Source: Eubacterium sp. CAG:274
GTDB lineage: Bacteria; Bacillota; Clostridia; Lachnospirales; CAG-274
Assembly: GCA_000432155.1 (NCBI GenBank)
Contig: FR888502.1
Location: 16,614-80,613, forward strand
Direction of reading: 5' to 3'
Length of the DNA: 64,000 nucleotides
Position 1 is the first letter of the stretch. Each line of letters begins with the position of its first letter. This document shows, piece after piece, positions 41,782 to 51,916 of this stretch. Below the pieces are notes generated by a model. That model searched no databases. It saw nothing but the letters and a program-made list of their open reading frames with translations, and was not told the origin of the DNA. The position numbers and the translations under genes were made by a program.

Positions 41782-42093
41782 TTAGAATATAGTTTCGATT
41801 TTAAATCTATCTTCTTCTTTAGGTCCGTTTTCTTCTATAATCTTGAAACCGGCAAGTTTAGCAAGTTCTCTGATACTTTCAATAGAAACCTTCTTATCCT
41901 TATAATCAATAAGATTTTCTGATTGACCTGTAAAAATATCTCTAGCTTCATATTTTTTAAGAACAATCATATCCCCACTTGTGAAAATTTCTAAAGCGTC
42001 GTTTTCAACAATGTGAAACTTTTCTCTTAACTCACTAGGAAGAACAAAGCGACCGAGCTTATCAACCTTTCTTATTATACCTGTAGAAATCAC
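41782..42093 (-). CDS. abrB: Transition-state regulator AbrB (SpoVT/AbrB swapped-hairpin domain)
   Basis: Start reassigned to the GTG preceded by AAGGAGG (MISTGIIRKVDKLGRFVLPSELRE...ALEIF...IVLKKY), which aligns with the B. subtilis AbrB N-domain. The 116-aa ORF in the track is an upstream extension. Confidence 0.75.
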   Translation of the reverse strand: MISTGIIRKVDKLGRFVLPSELREKFHIVENDALEIFTSGDMIVLKKYEARDIFTGQSENLIDYKDKKVSIESIRELAKLAGFKIIEENGPKEEDRFKIETIF

Positions 42094-42291
42094 AACAAAA
42101 ACCTCCTTAAATAAAATATATTCGTAATTCACAAGGTAATATTAACAAGGTTGGTAAAAAATGTCAATACTTTTTAAGAAGAATAATATTTTTGTAATAA
42201 TTTGTCTTCTTAAATGTTTTATTTTAAATTCTTGGAAATATTGAAAATATAAGTGCCTTATGTTATAATTTAGCCTTGTGAGGTGATAGAA

Positions 42292-42873
42292 ATGATAGCA
42301 ATAATCGGATTGGGAAATCCAGGTAGAGAATATAATTGGACAAGACATAATATTGGTTTTGAGGTTATAGGAAAGCTTGCCTATGACAATAATATAAATA
42401 TGAACAAAGAAAAGTATAAGGCTATTGTTGGCGAGGGAAGAATAGGTAACGAAAAGGTTCTTCTTATACAGCCTTTAACATATATGAATTTAAGTGGAGA
42501 TAGTGTAAGAGAGTTTGTTAATTTCTATAAACTTTCTCCTGAAGAAATTATTGTAGTATGTGATGACATTAATCTTCCTGTAGGCGGTATCAGGATACGC
42601 AAAAAGGGAAGTGACGGTGGTCAAAAGGGTCTTAGAAGTATTATAGGACAGCTTGGCTATGATAATTTTACTAGAGTTAGAGTAGGTGTAGGCGAAAAGC
42701 CTGCCGGTTGGGATTTAGCAAAGCATGTTCTCAGCAAGTTTACTGATGATGAAAAAGACGATATAATTTCTGGTATTACTGATGCTGCTGAGGCTGTTTC
42801 TATTATTGTTAAAACTGGCGATGTTGATAAGGCTATGAATAAATTTAACAAAAAAGGTCAAGGAAAACAGTAA
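42292..42873 (+). CDS. pth: Peptidyl-tRNA hydrolase
   Basis: N-terminal motif MIAIIGLGNPGREY...RHNIGF. Confidence 0.9.
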   Translation: MIAIIGLGNPGREYNWTRHNIGFEVIGKLAYDNNINMNKEKYKAIVGEGRIGNEKVLLIQPLTYMNLSGDSVREFVNFYKLSPEEIIVVCDDINLPVGGIRIRKKGSDGGQKGLRSIIGQLGYDNFTRVRVGVGEKPAGWDLAKHVLSKFTDDEKDDIISGITDAAEAVSIIVKTGDVDKAMNKFNKKGQGKQ

Positions 42874-42949
42874 AAACAAGAAAATAGTTGTTTTATACAC
42901 CCCCAAATAAAAAGTTTGGGGGTAAAAGTGTTTTGCAGGAGGTGGAAGT

Positions 42950-45900
42950 GTGAATATATTTTATGATTTTTTAGACAGCAATAAAAATTATGACAGATTA
43001 AGAGATAGCATAAAAGAAAATAAAACTCCTGTTCTTGCCACAGGTGTTGTAGACGGTCAGAAAACTCATTTAATTGCCGGAATAACAAATGATGTTCATA
43101 AGTCAAATTTGGTCATTACACATTCAGAATTAAAGGCTAAAGAAATATATAATGATTTAAAATTCTTTTTAAAGGATAAAGTAGTTCTTTATCCGGCTAA
43201 GGATATAATTTTCTATTGGGCTGATGTAAAGTCTATGGATATTATAAAAGAAAGATTTAACATAATTTCAAGGCTTATAAATAATGAAGAAATAACAGTA
43301 GTTGTTACTGTTGAGGCTCTTTTTGACAGACTTGTATCTAAAAATATATTTGAAGATTTTGTTTTTGACATAAAGGTTGGAGATACCTACGATATAGATG
43401 AGCTATGTAAAAAGTTAGTTTTTATGGGCTATGAGCATAGTGATGTTGTAGAAGGTCAGGGTCAGTTTGCAAGGCGTGGTGGTATAGTTGATATATATTC
43501 AGCTGTAAATGAAAACCCTATACGATTGGACTTTTTTGATGAAGATGTAGATGCAATTAAAACTCTTGATGCCAAAACTCAAAGGTCTTTAGGCAATATT
43601 AGTGAGGCTAAAATTTATCCAATGAGAGAATTGGTATATAATGAGGAACAAGTAGAAATTGCTATAAAAAACATTGAAAAGGACTTAAATTCCTTTAAAA
43701 ATAAAACAGACAAAATAAAAATGCTTACTGATGAGGTAATAGAAAAATTAAGGGAGCAAAAGAGTTTTTCTGGAGTAGATAGATATATACAATATTTCTA
43801 CGATAAAACAGCAAGCCTTATAGACTATTTTCCAAAGGACAGTTGTTTCTATATTGATGAACCAAACAGAGTTAGAGAGCATGGAGATTTTATAATAAGA
43901 GAGTTTACCAATTCTATTGAAAATAGAATAGATAAAGGCTATATGTTGCCTAAACAGATAGAATTGGTATTTTCTTATGATGATTTGTTAAAACAGCTTA
44001 GCAAAAAGAATACGATACTTTTAAGCAATATTACCTATACATTAAAGGACTACAAGCCAAAAGAACTTGTAGAGTTTGCTGTCCGTTCAACTTCAATAGC
44101 CAAAAATGACCCAGATATGATGGCTGAGGATTTAATTTATATGTGCCAAAGACAGTACAAAATTATATTCCTTGCAGGTGGTCATACCAGAAGTGAAAGA
44201 ATATTAAAAGAGCTTTTGGATAGAAATGTAAATGCTGTTTATGTTGAAAATATAGACGGTGTAGAGCTTTCAGCTGGTATTGTTTATATTACAAGAGGTA
44301 GTTTAACCCATGGATTTGAATATCCGGAAGATAAATTGGCTATTGTAAGTGATAATGAGCTTTTTACACAGGAAAAGAAAAAGAAGAAAAAGAAAAAATC
44401 TAAAAATGGCAAGCCTATTGAAAGTTTTACAGACTTAAAAGTGGGAGATTATGTAGTTCACGAAAACCATGGTATTGGTGTGTATAGAGGTATTGAACAG
44501 ATAATAGCTGATGGTGTAAGCAAGGACTATATGAAAGTTGGCTATGCAAATGACGGTGTTATATATGTTTCAATAGACCAGATGAGCCTTGTGCAAAAAT
44601 ATATTGGTGGCGATGCTGCAAAGCCTAAATTAAACAAATTAGGTACAGTATCTTGGGAAAAGGCTAAAACTAAGGCAAGAAATGCCGTTAAAATTCTTGC
44701 ACAGGATTTAGTGGACTTATATGCTCAAAGACAGTCAGCAAGAGGTTATCAGTATTCGGCAGATACTGTATGGCAAAATGAATTTGAGGAGGCTTTTCCT
44801 TATGAGGAAACAGATGACCAGTTAAATGCTATTGCCGATTGTAAGAGAGATATGGAAAGTGGAAAGGTAATGGATAGACTTGTTTGTGGCGATGTTGGTT
44901 TTGGTAAAACAGAAGTAGCCATAAGAGCTGCTTTTAAAACTGTTCAAGACGGAAAACAGGTTGCATTCCTAGTTCCAACTACCATATTGGCAAAACAACA
45001 CTATAGCACATTTGCGTCAAGAATGGCCGATTTTCCTATTAATGTGGATATGCTAAGTAGATTTAGAACACCTAAACAGCAGAGAGAAACTATTGCCGGT
45101 ATTGAAAACGGTAGCGTTGATATAGTTGTTGGTACTCATAGACTTTTAAGCAAGGATATTAAGTTTAAAGATTTAGGTATGGTTATTGTTGATGAGGAAC
45201 AGCGATTTGGTGTTGCACATAAAGAAAAGTTAAAAGCACTTAGAAAAAATGTAAATGTACTTACACTTTCAGCAACTCCAATACCTAGAACACTTCATAT
45301 GTCTATGACAGGTATAAGAGATATGAGCCTTTTGGAAGAAGCTCCTAATGACAGACTTCCTATACAGACTTATGTTATGGAATACAATCCGGAGTTTGTA
45401 AAAGACGCAATATTGAGAGAGCTTGCAAGAAATGGACAGGTTTATTATCTTTACAACAGAGTGAGTAATATTGACGAGGTTGCAGCACAGATACAGGCTC
45501 TTGTACCAGAGGCAAATGTAGGTTTTGCTCATGGACAAATGAGTGAGAGAGAACTTGAAAATATTATGATGGAATTTTTGGATAATGAAATAAATGTTTT
45601 GGTATGTACTACAATTATTGAAACAGGTCTTGATATTTCAAATGCCAATACTATTATAATACAAGATGCCGACTGTATGGGACTTAGTCAGCTTTATCAG
45701 TTAAGAGGTAGAGTAGGGCGTTCTACAAGAACAAGTTATGCCTATTTAATGTATAGACAGGATAAGGTGTTGCACGAAGTTTCAGAAAAAAGACTTCAGA
45801 CAATAAAAGAATTTACTGAATTTGGTTCTGGTTTTAAAATTGCTATGAGAGATTTGGAAATCAGAGGTGCTGGTAATCTTTTAGGTGCTGAACAGCATGG

Positions 45901-46426
45901 TCATATGGATACAGTAGGTTATGAAATGTACTGTAAACTTTTAGATGAGGCTGTTAGAGAGTTAAAGGGCGAAAAGATTGAAGAAGATTTTGAAACCCTT
46001 ATTGAAATTAAGATTAATGCCTATATTCCTAATTCATATATTTCAAGCGAGTTCCAAAAACTTGAAATGTATAAGAAAATTTCACTTATAAATAATGAAA
46101 ATGACTACTATGATGTACAAGACGAGCTTTTGGATAGATATGGAGATTTACCTAGAGCTGTACAAAATCTTTTGGATATTGCTCTTGTAAAATCTAGTGT
46201 TCATACTTTGGGTGGCACTTCTATAGCACAGAGAAATGGCAAGGTGCTTATTAAGTTTAGAACGAAAAATAGTGTAAATGCTGAAAAGACAATGGCTCTT
46301 GTGGCTGAAAGCAAAGGTAAAATTATGGTTACAAGTGCCGGAGGAGATACAACTCTTTCTTATACAATTAAAAATGAAAATAATATTTTAAGTGAAATTA
46401 AAGATTTAGTAAAACAGATTATGTAA
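42950..46426 (+). CDS. mfd: Transcription-repair coupling factor
   Basis: 1158 aa with a UvrB-homology N-terminus, an RNAP-interacting domain, a DEAD/DEEQ helicase core (GDVGFGKTEVA, DEEQRFGV) and a TRG motif. Confidence 0.95.
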   Translation: MNIFYDFLDSNKNYDRLRDSIKENKTPVLATGVVDGQKTHLIAGITNDVHKSNLVITHSELKAKEIYNDLKFFLKDKVVLYPAKDIIFYWADVKSMDIIKERFNIISRLINNEEITVVVTVEALFDRLVSKNIFEDFVFDIKVGDTYDIDELCKKLVFMGYEHSDVVEGQGQFARRGGIVDIYSAVNENPIRLDFFDEDVDAIKTLDAKTQRSLGNISEAKIYPMRELVYNEEQVEIAIKNIEKDLNSFKNKTDKIKMLTDEVIEKLREQKSFSGVDRYIQYFYDKTASLIDYFPKDSCFYIDEPNRVREHGDFIIREFTNSIENRIDKGYMLPKQIELVFSYDDLLKQLSKKNTILLSNITYTLKDYKPKELVEFAVRSTSIAKNDPDMMAEDLIYMCQRQYKIIFLAGGHTRSERILKELLDRNVNAVYVENIDGVELSAGIVYITRGSLTHGFEYPEDKLAIVSDNELFTQEKKKKKKKKSKNGKPIESFTDLKVGDYVVHENHGIGVYRGIEQIIADGVSKDYMKVGYANDGVIYVSIDQMSLVQKYIGGDAAKPKLNKLGTVSWEKAKTKARNAVKILAQDLVDLYAQRQSARGYQYSADTVWQNEFEEAFPYEETDDQLNAIADCKRDMESGKVMDRLVCGDVGFGKTEVAIRAAFKTVQDGKQVAFLVPTTILAKQHYSTFASRMADFPINVDMLSRFRTPKQQRETIAGIENGSVDIVVGTHRLLSKDIKFKDLGMVIVDEEQRFGVAHKEKLKALRKNVNVLTLSATPIPRTLHMSMTGIRDMSLLEEAPNDRLPIQTYVMEYNPEFVKDAILRELARNGQVYYLYNRVSNIDEVAAQIQALVPEANVGFAHGQMSERELENIMMEFLDNEINVLVCTTIIETGLDISNANTIIIQDADCMGLSQLYQLRGRVGRSTRTSYAYLMYRQDKVLHEVSEKRLQTIKEFTEFGSGFKIAMRDLEIRGAGNLLGAEQHGHMDTVGYEMYCKLLDEAVRELKGEKIEEDFETLIEIKINAYIPNSYISSEFQKLEMYKKISLINNENDYYDVQDELLDRYGDLPRAVQNLLDIALVKSSVHTLGGTSIAQRNGKVLIKFRTKNSVNAEKTMALVAESKGKIMVTSAGGDTTLSYTIKNENNILSEIKDLVKQIM

Positions 46427-46428
46427 TA

Positions 46429-46464
46429 AAACAGCCGATACTGAAAAGGGTATCGGCTGTTTTG
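46429..46464 (+). terminator. Intrinsic terminator after mfd
   Basis: AAACAGCCGATA-N10-TATCGGCTGTTT followed by a T-run. Confidence 0.6.
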
Positions 46465-46522
46465 AAATAAATGTAAGAAAAAGGAAAACACAAAATAAAT
46501 AAAAGAAAAAATTATAAAAATA

Positions 46523-47390
46523 CCAAGGAGTATACAATACCTTTCTCTTACTGTAGTTATAATATACCATATACAAAGTCCAATAAATGGGATTTTAATA
46601 ACAAAAATAAAAAAATATTAAATAATCTAAAAAAGTCGATGTTCAAAATAACATCGACTTCTTTAGATATAAGAGAAAGGAAGTGTAACTAATAAAAATA
46701 AAAAATATACTAATATAAAATCTATATGAAAAATAATGAAGTACTATTATGAATTAAAAAAAATAACTAAAACCTCAAGGAGTATTTAGGTCCTTTCTCT
46801 TACTGTAATTATAATACCACATACAAAGTCCAATAAATGGGATTTTAATAATAAAAATTAAAAAAATGAAAAATATTAAATAATCTAAAAAAGTCGATGT
46901 TCAAAAAGACATCGACTTCTTTAGATATAAGAGAAAGGAAGTATAAGTAATAAAGATAAAAACTATAACTAATAAAAATCTATATGAAAAATAACGAAGT
47001 ACTATTATGAATTAAAAAATAACTAAAAACTCAAGGAGTATTTAGGTCCTTTCTCTTACTGTAATTATAATACCACATACAAAGTCCAATAAATGGGATT
47101 TTAATAATAAAAATTAAAAAAATGAAAAATATTAAATAATCTAAAAAAGTCGATGCGTTAATTTGTTCTGAAAGGTAAGAGAAAGGGAAAAAATAAATAA
47201 ATTAACTATAAAAAATTTTGTGTAAAGTTACACAAGAAAGGATAAAACATATTACAAACAAAAATAAATAAAATACAATACAAAGGAGTACTTATTACCT
47301 TTCTCTTACTGTAATTACAATATATCACATACAAAGTCCAATAAATGGGATTTTATCAATAAATTTTAAAAATTTATACTGTTTTTTCAT
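46523..47390. repeat. Tandem array of about 3.4 copies of a 250-256-bp non-coding unit
   Basis: Units begin at 46525, 46777, 47033 and 47283 (AAGGAGTA...). Each carries CCTTTCTCTTACTGTA...ACATACAAAGTCCAATAAATGGGATTTTA. Units A-C carry the inverted partner TAAGAGAAAGG; only A and B carry the perfect 10-bp hairpin GTCGATGTT-N-AACATCGAC, which is truncated in C. No ORF is conserved across units. Confidence 0.8.
47325..47390 (-). other. 21-codon sORF (MKKQYKFLKFIDKIPFIGLCM) with a strong RBS, overlapping the last repeat unit
   Basis: GGAGG 6 nt upstream of the ATG, immediately after the mtnN terminator. It is intact only in the partial fourth unit. Confidence 0.15.
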
Positions 47391-47402
47391 ATTAAACCTC
47401 CT

Positions 47403-47467
47403 AAAAATAAAAAAAGACAACAAATGTACTTGTCCGTCTGACATTGGACAAGTGACATTTATTGTCT
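47403..47467 (-). terminator. Long composite intrinsic terminator after mtnN
   Basis: Outer 13-bp stem AGACAA(C/T)AAATGT plus inner 8-bp stem ACTTGTCC/GGACAAGT, followed on the minus strand by TTTTTTTATTTTT. Confidence 0.5.
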
Positions 47468-47521
47468 TCTATAATCAATTATTTAATTTTTTACATTTTA
47501 AAACAAAATGTTGTCAATATA

Positions 47522-48220
47522 TTATTTTAAAATTGTAAGCATATTATTTACAATATTACCAGCTGTTTTTGCAGATTCTCTAAAGAACTGTGCATAATCA
47601 ACATTTCCATCACCATCTGCTGTATCAGACATTACTCTTAAAATAACAAAAGGAATTTTGTTTAAGTAGCAAGCCTGAGCAATAGCTGCACCTTCCATTT
47701 CGCAACAAAGAGGGTTGAAAAGAGTTTGTATTCTATGCTTTGAATCTAAATCAGCAATAAATTGGTCTCCGCTGGCAATACGGCCTATATTAGGAACTAA
47801 ACCTAATTCCTCAACAGCATCTGTAGCAGCGTCAATAAGGTTAATATCAGCAGCAAAAATGCTTGTATCCATTCTTGAAATATAACCAGGTTCATCGCCT
47901 AAAGCACTTGTATCAAAGTCGTGCTGAATAGCATCAGAGGAAATAACAATATCGCCAACCTTGAGAGTACGGTCAATAGCACCAGCTACGCCTACATTTA
48001 TAACAGAGTCTACAGCAAAAATATCAATCAAAACCTGTGCACAAAGGGCAGCATTTACCTTTCCTATACCTGAACGCACAAGAACGATATTGTGAGATGA
48101 ACCCTCAACACTACCTACGAAGAAATCACAGCCAATTACATTTCTTGTAGTTACTACATTCATGGATTCCTTGAGGAGAGTAACCTCTTCTTCCATTGCT
48201 CCTATAATACCGATTGTCAT
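47522..48220 (-). CDS. mtnN: 5'-methylthioadenosine/S-adenosylhomocysteine nucleosidase
   Basis: MTIGIIGAMEEEV start, PNP/UDP phosphorylase family, 232 aa. Confidence 0.9.
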   Translation of the reverse strand: MTIGIIGAMEEEVTLLKESMNVVTTRNVIGCDFFVGSVEGSSHNIVLVRSGIGKVNAALCAQVLIDIFAVDSVINVGVAGAIDRTLKVGDIVISSDAIQHDFDTSALGDEPGYISRMDTSIFAADINLIDAATDAVEELGLVPNIGRIASGDQFIADLDSKHRIQTLFNPLCCEMEGAAIAQACYLNKIPFVILRVMSDTADGDGNVDYAQFFRESAKTAGNIVNNMLTILK

Positions 48221-48231
48221 ACAATACCTCC

Positions 48232-50076
48232 TTATTCTACAGTAACACTCTTAGCAAGGTTTCTAGGCTTATCTACATCATTACCTAAATCTCTTGCCAT
48301 ATAGTAAGCGAATAACTGCTGTGGAATATTAGCAAGTAAAGATGTAAGCATCCAATGAGTTCTTGGAATATAGATTACATCATCGGCGTATTTTTCAATT
48401 TCAGTATTACCTGACATAGCAATAGCAAGAACCTTAGCACCTCTTGCCTTAACTTCACGAATGTTACTTACAGTCTTTTCGAATAAATCTTCCTGAGTAA
48501 CAATACCTACAACAAGTGTAGAATCTTCAATAAGGGCAATAGGACCATGCTTTAATTCGCCGGCTGCATATGGTTCGCTGTGTAAGTATGCAATTTCTTT
48601 AAGCTTGAGAGAGCCTTCCATACCTACAATGTAGTCAAGACCTCTACCGATATAGAATACATTCTTTGAGTGAATATATTTCTGTGTAAATTTCTCTATT
48701 GCAGGAGCAGCCTTTGTAAGAATATTGTTTACCAAAGAAGGTAATTCTTCAAGGGCAGCCTTAATTTTAGCAAATTCCTCAGGAGAAATCTTGTTAAGTT
48801 CCTGAGCAATATGGAGAGTGAGAAGATACATAGCTACAACCTGTGCACTAAATGCCTTTGTAGAGGCAACGGCAATTTCAGGACCAGCAAGAGTATAGAG
48901 AACATCGTCAGCTTCTCTTGCAATAGAGCTACCAACGGCATTAACAACGCCTAAAACTCTTGCACCCTTAGACTGAGCAAGTCGCATAGCAGCTAAAGTA
49001 TCAGCTGTTTCGCCAGACTGAGAAACTACAATCATAAGTGTATGCTCATCAATAAGTGGGTCTTTGTATCTAAATTCACTTGCAACTTCTGAATTAACTG
49101 GTATTCTGGCAATTCTTTCAATAAGGAATTTACCTACCTGACCAGCATAGAAAGCTGTACCACAAGCTACAATATAAATTCTGTTAATGTTTTCAAGTTC
49201 TTTTTTACCAAGTTTGATACCGTCAAGCTTAATGCTCTTACCGTCATCACTAAAACGGCTTGAAATATTATCCTTTACAACCTTAGGCTGTTCGTAAATT
49301 TCCTTGAGCATAAAGTGGTCATAACCATTCTTTTCAGCTGCTTCAATATCCCAGTTGTATGTAAATACTTCTTTCTTAACAGGTTCTTTTTTGTCGTTTA
49401 AGATTTCAATAGAATCTGCCTTGATAATAGCAACTTCCTTGTCATCAAGAAGGTATACATTCTTAGTATAATTCAAAATAGCTGGCATATCAGAGGCAAT
49501 AAAGTTTTCGCCTTCGCCAATACCTACAACAAGTGGACTATCCTTTCTTGCTGCAATAAGTGTGTCAGGAAAATCCTTACAAACAATACCAAGGGCATAA
49601 GAACCTTCAATTCTGTCAAGAACCTTGAATACTGCATCAAGGAGGTCCATACCTTCGTTATAGTAGCTATCAATAAGATGAACTACAGTTTCTGTATCTG
49701 TTTCAGACTTGAACTTGTAACCTTTAGCTTCAAGTTCTTCCTTAAATTCCATATAGTTTTCAATGATACCATTGTGAACTACAGCAAACTTACTGTCGTT
49801 ACTAGAGTGAGGGTGAGCATTAACATCAGATGGAGCACCATGAGTTGCCCATCTTGTGTGACCAATGCCTAAGTGACCCTGAATAGGAGAAGTAAGGAGA
49901 AGATTTTGTAAATTCTCAATACGACCCTTAGTTTTACGCACATTTATAGTATCAGTTTCTTCGTTAAGTACAGCAACGCCAGCAGAGTCATAGCCTCTGT
50001 ACTCAAGCTTTGTTAAACCACTTAAAAGTACAGGTACAGCATCTCTGTGACCTATGTAACCAACTACACCACACAT
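48232..50076 (-). CDS. glmS: Glutamine--fructose-6-phosphate aminotransferase
   Basis: MCGVVGY N-terminal nucleophile, two SIS domains, 614 aa. Confidence 0.95.
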   Translation of the reverse strand: MCGVVGYIGHRDAVPVLLSGLTKLEYRGYDSAGVAVLNEETDTINVRKTKGRIENLQNLLLTSPIQGHLGIGHTRWATHGAPSDVNAHPHSSNDSKFAVVHNGIIENYMEFKEELEAKGYKFKSETDTETVVHLIDSYYNEGMDLLDAVFKVLDRIEGSYALGIVCKDFPDTLIAARKDSPLVVGIGEGENFIASDMPAILNYTKNVYLLDDKEVAIIKADSIEILNDKKEPVKKEVFTYNWDIEAAEKNGYDHFMLKEIYEQPKVVKDNISSRFSDDGKSIKLDGIKLGKKELENINRIYIVACGTAFYAGQVGKFLIERIARIPVNSEVASEFRYKDPLIDEHTLMIVVSQSGETADTLAAMRLAQSKGARVLGVVNAVGSSIAREADDVLYTLAGPEIAVASTKAFSAQVVAMYLLTLHIAQELNKISPEEFAKIKAALEELPSLVNNILTKAAPAIEKFTQKYIHSKNVFYIGRGLDYIVGMEGSLKLKEIAYLHSEPYAAGELKHGPIALIEDSTLVVGIVTQEDLFEKTVSNIREVKARGAKVLAIAMSGNTEIEKYADDVIYIPRTHWMLTSLLANIPQQLFAYYMARDLGNDVDKPRNLAKSVTVE

Positions 50077-50094
50077 TTTAAATCCTCCTTCGGC

Positions 50095-51447
50095 TTAACT
50101 TAATAAACCTTCAATAAGTCTTGCAAGTCTTTCGGCCTCTTCTTTGAGGACAGACTGGTCACGACCTTCAATCATAACTCTAACAATTGGTTCAGTACCA
50201 GAAGGGCGAATAAGAACTCTACCTTCTCCACTAAACTTGCTTTCTAACTTTTCAATTTCTGCCTTAATAGTTTCGTTTGAAAGGTATTCCTTTTTACGCT
50301 TGTTGTCAACTCTTGCGTTTACAAGTACCTGAGGGAATACTTCCATAATCTTCTTTGCTTCTTCAAGTGTCTGGTTCTGCTTTTTAAGAGTAGTAAGAAG
50401 CTGAATAGCTGTTAATGTACCATCACCTGTAGTATTGTAGTCAAAGAAAATAATATGACCAGACTGTTCGCCACCGAAACAATCTCCGTTTTCTAATATA
50501 TGTTCAAGAACATAACGGTCGCCAACTTTAGTTCTTTCAACCTTGATACCGTTTTCACGACCCATTTTGAAAAGACCCATATTACTCATAACTGTAGCAA
50601 CAATAGTGTTGTTTTTAAGTTTGCCGTTGTCCTTCATATGCTTAGCACAAATAGCCATAACAACATCACCGTCAACCATATTACCGTTGCCATCACAGGC
50701 AAGACATCTGTCGCCGTCGCCGTCAAAGGCAATACCAAGCTGAATATCGTCATTTTCCTTTACAAACTGGCATAAATCTTCCATATGAGTTGAACCACAG
50801 TTAAGGTTAATGTTAGTACCGTCTGGTTCTCTATGTATAGCTACAACTTCAGCACCAAGTCTTTCAAGAGCCATAGGAGCTGCCTTGTATGTAGCACCGT
50901 TTGCACAGTCAATAGCAAGTTTAATGCCATCAAGTTTAATATCAGTTGAAGAAACAAGGAAGTCTACATAATCGTCAATAGCTTCTTCCCCGAGAGTCTT
51001 AGCTCCAACCTTGTCGCCATATGGGCGAGGGATTTCTTCCCACTTATCTGTCATATAAGTTTCAATTTCGTTTTCGATTTCATCTCTAAGCTTAAAGCCC
51101 TGAGAATTAAAGAATTTAATACCATTATCCTGAATTGGATTGTGAGATGCACTAATAACAACACCAGCGTCAGCATTATACTTTCTTACGAGATAAGCTA
51201 CAGCAGGAGTTGGAACAATACCAAGACTTACTGCGTGAGCACCTACAGAACATATACCTGCAATTAAAGCTGATTCAAGCATATCCCCAGAAATACGAGT
51301 ATCCATACCTACGATTATTTTAGCAGTGTGATTAGTATGCTTAGTTAAAACATACGCACCGGCTCTTCCTAGCTTATACACCAATTCTGGAGTAAGCTCA
51401 ACATTGGCAACGCCTCTTACGCCGTCTGTACCAAAATAATTACCCAT
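50095..51447 (-). CDS. glmM: Phosphoglucosamine mutase
   Basis: GTDGVRG start and active-site SASHNP. Confidence 0.95.
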   Translation of the reverse strand: MGNYFGTDGVRGVANVELTPELVYKLGRAGAYVLTKHTNHTAKIIVGMDTRISGDMLESALIAGICSVGAHAVSLGIVPTPAVAYLVRKYNADAGVVISASHNPIQDNGIKFFNSQGFKLRDEIENEIETYMTDKWEEIPRPYGDKVGAKTLGEEAIDDYVDFLVSSTDIKLDGIKLAIDCANGATYKAAPMALERLGAEVVAIHREPDGTNINLNCGSTHMEDLCQFVKENDDIQLGIAFDGDGDRCLACDGNGNMVDGDVVMAICAKHMKDNGKLKNNTIVATVMSNMGLFKMGRENGIKVERTKVGDRYVLEHILENGDCFGGEQSGHIIFFDYNTTGDGTLTAIQLLTTLKKQNQTLEEAKKIMEVFPQVLVNARVDNKRKKEYLSNETIKAEIEKLESKFSGEGRVLIRPSGTEPIVRVMIEGRDQSVLKEEAERLARLIEGLLS

Positions 51448-51544
51448 TATAGTTTCCTCCTAAAGAATATAAATCTTTCTACATTATAACACCTATACCT
51501 AAAAAGCACAACCCTTTTAATTGTAAGGAAAATTCAGCCAAAAC

Positions 51545-51916
51545 CTAATTTTTATTAGTGTTTTTAGCCTTAAAACCTTTGTAAATTTCATATGCTCCTA
51601 CAATGAGGAGAAAAACAGAAAAACACTTCCTAAGTATAGTATCGTCTAGTTTTAAAGCACATAATGTGCCTATTATTGTGCCTATTATACCAAAAACTAT
51701 TAAAAGCCACAAGTTATTTTTTTCTATTTGCCTATTTTTGATATGAATTGTAAGGGCTGTAATGGCCGTAGGTATAAAATAAATTAAGTTTACTGCCTGT
51801 GCTGTTTTTTGGTCAAAACCTAAAAATATTGTCATTATTGGTATAAGTATTGTGCCACCACCAATACCCATTCCACCTATTATTCCAGATAAAAAACCGG
51901 TTATTATTAACGCCAT
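51545..51916 (-). CDS. TauE/SafE (DUF81) family membrane protein, half-size (C-terminal-type repeat)
   Basis: 4 TM and Gly-rich GIIGGMGIGGG; 123 aa. Confidence 0.65.
   Translation of the reverse strand: MALIITGFLSGIIGGMGIGGGTILIPIMTIFLGFDQKTAQAVNLIYFIPTAITALTIHIKNRQIEKNNLWLLIVFGIIGTIIGTLCALKLDDTILRKCFSVFLLIVGAYEIYKGFKAKNTNKN

Noticed and set aside
46427-47521. Considered whether the 250-bp repeat array could be a CRISPR array or an rRNA/tRNA remnant
   Set aside because: The repeat period is about 250 bp with no short direct repeat/spacer structure and no cas genes nearby. There is no cloverleaf or rRNA-like conservation.
51448-51544. Searched for a glmS ribozyme upstream of glmM-glmS
   Set aside because: glmS directly follows glmM (18-nt gap). 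The 97-nt region upstream of glmM and the 120-nt region upstream of the TauE pair are too short for the ribozyme and lack its conserved core. Regulation of glmS here is presumably not ribozyme-based.
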